A program made the position numbers and the translations under genes. A DNA stretch of 64,000 nt from Podarcis vaucheri. Its lineage: Eukaryota. The notes under the pieces were generated by a model that saw only the letters and a program-made list of their open reading frames with translations, was not told the origin of the DNA and did no database searches. The stretch is from the NCBI GenBank assembly GCA_965113315.1, contig OZ220367.1, one strand, 5' to 3'. Of this stretch, positions 62,231 to 64,000 are shown one piece after another (positions within the stretch are counted from its first letter, which is position 1; the number at the start of each line of letters is the position of its first letter).

Positions 62231-64000
62231 ATGGTTGTTACTTGGTTTGGTTGTATTTTAACTTTGATTTCTGTTTGTTTACATATTTGGGGAATGTTCA
62301 GCAAATCCTCAAAGGAGGATTTTTAAGGCAAATTAGGGTCAGCCCTTCTTTTCACAATGGCAAAGACTTCAAGAAATGGTGTACTGCATTCTGTAGTGGT
62401 GCTACTTCCTCTGTGGCAATGCCAATAGTACGGACACAGGCAAAGGGAAAGGCAATTTGCCAAATACTCCAGAATGGTAAAGATCATCAATCCAGGCTCA
62501 ACTGACCCCAGTTGCAGCCTGATGTAATGGAGATGAGATGAAGGCTTGCAGTTGTTTTGCTTCTTAGATACACATGAGCATATGTCATGCAAATGGGCCA
62601 CGCACATGAATCGCTGCCAGATGAGTCCCATGAAGTGAAAGCTGCAATCTGGAGTATTACAGTTTAGAAGTCTGTCAGGAATCATGCCATATGCATGGCC
62701 AGTCTGTGTGCTTGCCCACGTATGCAGTCTTGGGAAGCACTCTGGAAGTTATCTCATGTCTTGTCAGGTATGGTTCCAAGCTCTCTTTGTTACAGGAACT
62801 AATCAGAGAGACCCAGTATGGTGTTCTAAACACTTCATGATTTTCAGTCGGATGTATGCTTTAGGTTGATCAAAATTTCCGTCCTTTTGTAGTGGAAAGA
62901 GGAGGGCTGGTATGGCAATAACATATATGGAAAATAGTCACAAACCATTTATAAGTCCCTGATTGTTAACAGGTGGTTCTTGCAAAAAAGGAGATGATAA
63001 TGGCATTTCTGCTCCCCTCCTCTCCCCCCAAAATGCTTATTGTCTCCAGTGTGGTACCTTTTAGTCTTTGCAATGGAATAAAAAACAAAACCATTTAACA
63101 CCACTCTCTTTTGTGTTTGTTCACATGGGAAATGCATGTTTAGTAAGTGTGATCTGTAGGTTTCTCAGAAATGACATGTGGCAATGAAAAGTGCAGTGGA
63201 GTTCAACATCAGTGGCTACCTAGATGCTTGTGGGAAGCTTGCAAGCAGGAGCTGAGTACAACAGCAGGTAGCATTCAGAAGCATACTGACTTCGACAGTG
63301 GAGGCAGAATATAGCCATCAAGTTTAGCAGCCATTGATTATGCAGTGATTAAAAGTTGCTTAAATTCTTCTTAGCTGAAAGAACACTTTGTGGCAAGAGC
63401 TTCTTTTATCATAAATAACCACGCAGAGGTAGAACACAATATTCCTACACTCACCAAATGATGGCCATGCATAGGCATTTAGACTCTGCTTGTCTGTCTT
63501 CCATTGGGTTACCAAAGTCACATGACTGGTGAGGTTCTTGCCAGATTGCTTCACCTCTTTTTTTCCTAGCTTGCAAGGTGGCTAGTGGATTCTGGGAAAT
63601 TCCGCTGTGGACACAGCCAAATGGCGATAGCCTCTAAATCTTCTTGTATTAGTAGCAGGATGGCTTGCTGAAGATGGATTTTATAACCGTGGGGCACCAT
63701 AGATAGATGCACAACTCATCCCAGGGTAATCTTACTAATCGTTTTAGAGTCTCTTAAAGTAATGAAGATTATATCAGTGTCAATGGATTTCGAAGAGATA
63801 AATCTCCAGTGGGAGTGCAAATGCAGCTAAATTCTGCTGCTGTCAGATAGCAAGGGCACATACATTACTGGTTGCTGGCAAAGTATCTGCTCATACATAA
63901 AACATATTGCAATCAAGCTGCATCATCCACTTTTACTACCAAACTTGAATGGGGTGGGAAGTAAATTGGTGGCAAAAGCTTGTGGAGCTTAGAAGATATA

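Noticed and set aside
23400-64000. A second protein-coding gene downstream of MECOM
   Set aside because: No exon-like segments with recognisable domains and consistent splice phases on either strand; short exons could still be missed without alignment.

Overview
Vertebrate genomic DNA from a squamate reptile, most likely a lacertid lizard, judged from Sauria/POM-type SINEs, Squam-type tRNA SINEs, CR1/L2 relics and lizard-type hAT and Tc1/mariner MITEs. The first ~23 kb hold the 3' part of MECOM (EVI1/PRDM3) on the + strand. Seven GT-AG coding exons (7226-7392, 10474-10551, 13925-14094, 15349-15478, 18681-18908, 19314-19500, 21258-21392) splice in frame to 364 aa plus a stop. They encode the end of the repression region, zinc fingers 8-10, the acidic domain and the C-terminus, followed by a ~1.6 kb 3' UTR with several AATAAA signals. 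The remaining ~41 kb is gene-free downstream DNA with transposon relics, a ~72-bp minisatellite and several repeat-free, motif-rich blocks that may be enhancers. Apart from ORFs overlapping MECOM exons or LINE relics, the supplied ORF track looks like noise. I found no evidence of a new multi-gene system. The best leads are: apparent deletion of the ATM-phosphorylated SQS motif; a G-quadruplex motif just downstream of a proximal poly(A) signal in a UTR rich in miRNA seeds; tRNA-head swapping on a shared CR1 tail; a consistent nnnTAnnn hAT target signature; and MITEs carrying ETS/NRF1/CRE motifs. All comparisons to human MECOM and to repeat consensi are from memory and need alignment to confirm.
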